A DNA stretch of 64,000 bases. Origin: Chiloscyllium plagiosum. Its lineage: Eukaryota. Numbering within the stretch: the stretch's first letter is position 1; every line of letters begins with the position of its first letter. The translations under genes and the position numbers were made by a program. Of the stretch, positions 63,241-64,000 are shown piece by piece. The stretch covers positions 34,011,363 through 34,075,362 of the forward strand of contig NC_057718.1 in assembly GCF_004010195.1 (NCBI RefSeq). Reading direction: 5' to 3'. The notes under the pieces were generated by a model, which worked only from the letters and a program-made list of their open reading frames with translations, was not told the DNA's origin and did no database searches.

Positions 63241-63641
63241 TCCTTCATTGTGAACTTGTGACCATAATTAACATATATAATATCCATTCTCACAAATAAA
63301 GTCAATAGAATTTCTGTGGCCTTGCAAAAGATGCAGAGCATTTTGTCAAACTCCACCTCAAACTATTCCATGAAGCAGGACTCTGTGCTCCAAGGACCAC
63401 TCTGAGGAACAAAGATCAACTGCTGCTGGAGAACCATCAACTCAGTGGAAGATGCTCTTGAGTCTGCTTGAGATGTTTGGGTTTTCCATTGACTGGAAGG
63501 AACATTGATGACTGAGTATTAAGATTTTAGTGGGAGGTGCATGCTAGAAATCAAGTCCCACCACTCCACAAGCCATAACAAAAGTGTAAATGTCTTATTC
63601 AATCATGAAAATACTCAATTTCTTTCTCCCTTTCTCCACAA

Positions 63642-63706
63642 CCACCTGATGCTTCCAAATAAACCTGTTGGACTATAACCTGGTCTTGTGTGATTTTTAA
63701 CTTTGT
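63642..63706 (+). mobile_element. Short fragment of another common shark repeat, probably a Penelope-type terminal repeat
   Basis: CTTCCAAATAAACCTGTTGGACTATAACCTGGT.TTGTGTGATTTTTAACTTTGT recognised from memory only; single copy in the window. Confidence 0.35.
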
Positions 63707-64000
63707 TTCTTCCTACCAAGCTTTTCAATAAACTGAAAAATAACATATTCATTACAGGCAAACTTATCTTCGAGAAAAGTGGAAAACTGATTATTCCCCT
63801 TAACCTCAAACACACACATTCAAACACAGGCAAGACAATGTACATACCTCTACAGTATTATTGTGAGTGGGGAAAAGATTAGGCAAACAGGGGATAAAAA
63901 CAATACCTCCATAGGTCAAAGGCTGAATTCAAATTACAATAATGAGTTGACAGTTCCTTTGAATTCCTTTTGACAAGTTCCAGTTACTGACAAATTGTAG

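Overview
Vertebrate (shark-like) genomic DNA. The repeat set of HE1-type SINEs, CR1/HER1 LINEs and Deu-domain SINEs points to a cartilaginous fish; this is an inference. One protein-coding gene is supported: a two-exon ZFP36L2 (TIS11D, tandem CCCH zinc-finger mRNA-decay factor) on the + strand. Its CDS is 25246-25299 + 25494-26744 (434 aa after splicing), with a CpG-rich promoter and a ~1.55-kb AU-rich 3'UTR. It sits in a ~7.5-kb stretch with no transposon I could recognise. The rest is intergenic DNA packed with decayed, often nested retroelements: several CR1 families, a Rex1/Babar LINE, an internally deleted Gypsy-type LTR element with both LTRs and a TSD, three SINE families, and many Penelope-like element (PLE) fragments. 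The most unusual signal is that about a dozen PLE terminal repeats carry a minimal hammerhead-ribozyme core (CUGA(A/U)GA-A-stem II-GAAACGUC). These occur either as head-to-head inverted repeats with 12-15 bp target duplications or as a 204-nt tandem dimer resembling a retrozyme/circRNA template. A second notable signal is a tRNA-SINE head joined to LINE RT sequence and a shared tail. Repeat family names come from recognition by eye, not database searches, and repeat boundaries are approximate.
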